Shown here one piece after another: positions 62,129 to 64,000 of a stretch of DNA of 64,000 bases (position 1 is the stretch's first letter; each line of letters opens with the position of its first letter). This stretch comes from Candidatus Acidiferrales bacterium (lineage in GTDB: Bacteria; Acidobacteriota; Terriglobia; Acidiferrales; UBA7541), in the NCBI GenBank assembly GCA_035295105.1, contig DATGJQ010000063.1:3671-67670 (forward strand), written 5' to 3'. The position numbers and the translations under genes were made by a program. Below the pieces are notes generated by a model. It was not told the DNA's origin, ran no database searches, and worked only from the letters and a program-made list of their open reading frames with translations.

Positions 62129-62194
62129 GTAGCGCCCGCCTTCAGGCGGGCACTCTCGAATCAAGCAGCATGCCCGCATGAAGGCGGGCGCCAC
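62129..62194. repeat. REPIN-like inverted doublet, family A
   Basis: GTAGCGCCCGCCTTCAGGCGGGCA ... TGCCCGCATGAAGGCGGGCGCCAC. Confidence 0.88.
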
Positions 62195-62498
62195 TTGAGT
62201 CAAATTCAGGTTGTCGCCTCGACTCATGTCTGCCAGCCAATACTCCGAGACGCCGCATGCGCGATGTGATACAGTCCGCCGACATTGGACACCAAATTCC
62301 TCCGCGCCGGCAACTCGCTCCATCGGAGCGATTCCTCTCCACTCTATCGATGCGCGCCACCCCCGGCAAGTCGCCTGGGCGGCGCAGTCCATGGAATCAC
62401 CCCATGCCGCCGGTATGCGATTGTGACCAGCCCGTCCAATATGCAATGGAGGCGGCCCCGGAAATTCACTACTATCTAAGAGGGGTCCCCAGCCAACT

Positions 62499-63812
62499 AT
62501 GGCAATAACCGCGATAGAACAGGCGCCGCAGGAAAAAAAGAGCAGTCACGCCCTGCTTTACGCGTCGATCGTCATTGTTGTGGGAGTTCTGGGCACTACC
62601 CTCGGCCAGCCGCAAGTTCTCGGCCGGATCCCCATCCAGAATCTTTTGAAGAATGAGTTGCACGTCGATCGGGCCGCCAACGCGGCCTTTTTCTTTTGGA
62701 TGGGCCTGGCGTGGTACTTCAAGCCGCTCTTCGGAATCGTAACGGACGCGTTCCCCCTTTTCGGGAGTCGCCGCAAAAGCTACATGATCCTGGGCGCTAC
62801 GCTGGCCACGCTGGCCTGGGGCGCGCTCTATTTCACGCCGCATATCTACAGCCGGCTGCTGTGGTCCTGCGTGGCGATTAACCTTTGCATGATGTGCACC
62901 AGCACGGTCGTTGGCGGCTACATGGTGGAGACCGCGCAAGCGATCTCGGGGTCGGGCCGGCTCACTTCCGTTCGCAATTTCGTCGAGCAGTTCAGCTACA
63001 TCATCACCGGCCCCACGGCCGGCTTTTTGGGGAGCATCGCTTTCGGCTTCACCACCATCGCTTGCGGCGGAGTGGTTTTCCTGGTGGTACCCGCCGCGGT
63101 CTGGTTCCTCTATGAGCAGCGCAAGCGAATGGACCGCAAGGAGCTTTTCGACAACGCCGGCAAACAACTGAAGAAAATCGCCAGCGCCAAAACCATGTGG
63201 GCCGCGGCCGGATTCATGGCGCTGTTCTACACCGCCCCGGGCCTGGCCACCGCGGTGTTTTACAAACAGCAAAACGATTTGCATCTCAATACCCAGGGCC
63301 AGGGATTTCTGACGTTCCTCAGCGGAGTATTCGGCGTGCTGGCCGCGACGTTGTACGGTGTGTACGGGGCCCGCCGCTTCACCCTTCGCACTCTGCTCCT
63401 CTGGTGCATCGGCTTCGGCACCGCCGCCAATCTTGGCTACCTGTTCTACACTTCGGTGTTCAACGCGCGGGTCATCGACAGCTTTAACGGCTTCGGCTAC
63501 ACACTGGCCGAAGTGGCCATGATGGATCTGGCGGTGCGCGCCACGCCATCAGGCAGCGAAGGCTTAGGCTTCTCCCTGATGATGAGCGTGCGCAATTTTT
63601 GCTTGTTCGGCAGCGACTGGTTCGGCTCCAAACTTCTCGACGCCTACCACATGCAGTTCAACACGCTGGTCATTGCCAATTCCGTGATGTCCGGGCTCAT
63701 CGTCCCCCTGGTGCTCCTGCTTCCAGCTGTAATCGTGTTGACCAGGGACGCGCAAGCGGCAAACGGCGACGCGGAATTAGCGGCGGCACCCGCCAGAGCG
63801 ATACAGGAATAG
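62499..63812 (+). CDS. MFS transporter, folate-biopterin (BT1)-like
   Basis: A 12-TM hydrophobicity pattern. LKNELHVDRAANAAFFFWMGLAWYFKPLFGIVTDAFPLFGSRRKSYMILG resembles the BT1 family signature around TM2-TM3. Confidence 0.7.
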   Translation: MAITAIEQAPQEKKSSHALLYASIVIVVGVLGTTLGQPQVLGRIPIQNLLKNELHVDRAANAAFFFWMGLAWYFKPLFGIVTDAFPLFGSRRKSYMILGATLATLAWGALYFTPHIYSRLLWSCVAINLCMMCTSTVVGGYMVETAQAISGSGRLTSVRNFVEQFSYIITGPTAGFLGSIAFGFTTIACGGVVFLVVPAAVWFLYEQRKRMDRKELFDNAGKQLKKIASAKTMWAAAGFMALFYTAPGLATAVFYKQQNDLHLNTQGQGFLTFLSGVFGVLAATLYGVYGARRFTLRTLLLWCIGFGTAANLGYLFYTSVFNARVIDSFNGFGYTLAEVAMMDLAVRATPSGSEGLGFSLMMSVRNFCLFGSDWFGSKLLDAYHMQFNTLVIANSVMSGLIVPLVLLLPAVIVLTRDAQAANGDAELAAAPARAIQE

Positions 63813-63868
63813 CGCCAATTACCGGGCGGTCTTCCCAACGCGCAAGATGTTGTGATTCAGTTGAAAAT

Positions 63869-64000
63869 TTACGGCAGGTCGGTGCGTTGCGCGTTTGATT
63901 TTTCCAGGCGATCCCACAGCAGCGCCACCTGTTGCGCGAGGATCCTGCTGCGCTCGTTCAAACGCGAAATCCACACGAAGAGCTCAATCACCAGAAGCGT
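63869..64000 (-). CDS. 3' end of a gene running off the window (possible DUF2304-like small membrane protein)
   Basis: The reverse strand reads TLLVIELFVWISRLNERSRILAQQVALLWDRLEKSNAQRTDLP* in frame from nt 64000 to a TAA at 63869-63871. It is not in the ORF track because its start lies outside the window. The family guess is weak. Confidence 0.4.
   Translation of the reverse strand, partial: TLLVIELFVWISRLNERSRILAQQVALLWDRLEKSNAQRTDLP

Noticed and set aside
2618-62194. Whether the recurring hairpin repeats could be a CRISPR array or arrays.
   Set aside because: The copies are not regularly spaced. They are separated by whole genes, occur as inverted rather than direct repeats, and belong to several sequence families. 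No cas genes are present.
62354-62385. Hairpin GCGCCACCC...GGGCGGCGC with a CGCCTGGGC string in the ~300-nt leader of the folate-biopterin-type transporter; considered as a ZTP (pfl) or THF riboswitch.
   Set aside because: Only the short CGCCUGGGC-like segment resembles the ZTP 3' subdomain. I could not find the 5' GGGUCGUGACUGGCG-type subdomain or the pseudoknot partner. A covariance-model search would be needed, so there is not enough to call.
1-64000. Search by eye for tRNA, rRNA, tmRNA, RNase P or SRP genes, for transposase, integrase or RAYT genes, and for known defence systems (RM, Abi, CBASS, retron and similar).
   Set aside because: I saw no T-arm or anticodon-arm-like sequences and no rRNA-like conserved blocks. 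No HUH/Y1, DDE or tyrosine-recombinase motifs appear in any ORF translation. Apart from the Doc/RHH pair, no defence-type domains were recognised. A proper scan (tRNAscan, Infernal, HMMs) could still find small RNAs that I cannot see.

Overview
High-GC bacterial chromosomal segment. Gene content and repeat types suggest Acidobacteriota, but that is inference only. I can support about 57 protein-coding genes, and nearly all are housekeeping or metabolic. They include uvrC, mnmA, a cysteine desulfurase, xseB-ispA-tlyA-nadK, lysA, rpiB-deoC, hpt, hldD, pyruvate carboxylase, mmsA, a second aldehyde dehydrogenase, a P450, Opp/Dpp-type permeases, a VWA protein and a BT1-type MFS transporter. A TonB-dependent receptor, an M28/PDZ peptidase and a TolB-like protein form one operon. 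I found no rRNA, tRNA, CRISPR array, transposase, integrase or known multi-gene defence system. The most unusual signal is non-coding. Almost every intergenic gap of about 90 bp or more holds REP/REPIN-like hairpin elements with a GT(A/G)G head, a 7-bp GC-rich stem and a TTCA-type loop. They fall into several families whose stems differ by compensatory changes, and they usually occur as inverted doublets. From 50.0 to 62.2 kb, all 11 consecutive intergenic regions carry one. Three single-gene units are bracketed by these elements: an RHH-Doc toxin-antitoxin cassette between two 80-nt copies differing at 5 positions, a decayed ClC channel remnant, and a P450 gene. Other points worth a second look: (1) rpiB and deoC both carry non-canonical N-terminal extensions, and the DeoC one resembles a microcompartment encapsulation peptide followed by a 4-Cys motif. 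(2) An AT-richer islet at 20.4-22.3 kb holds orphan genes and a nested inverted-repeat element. (3) Two tandem divergent nucleoside-hydrolase paralogues differ in predicted localisation. (4) Several gene pairs show unusual translational coupling. All calls come from reading the sequence and ORF translations by eye. No database search was possible.
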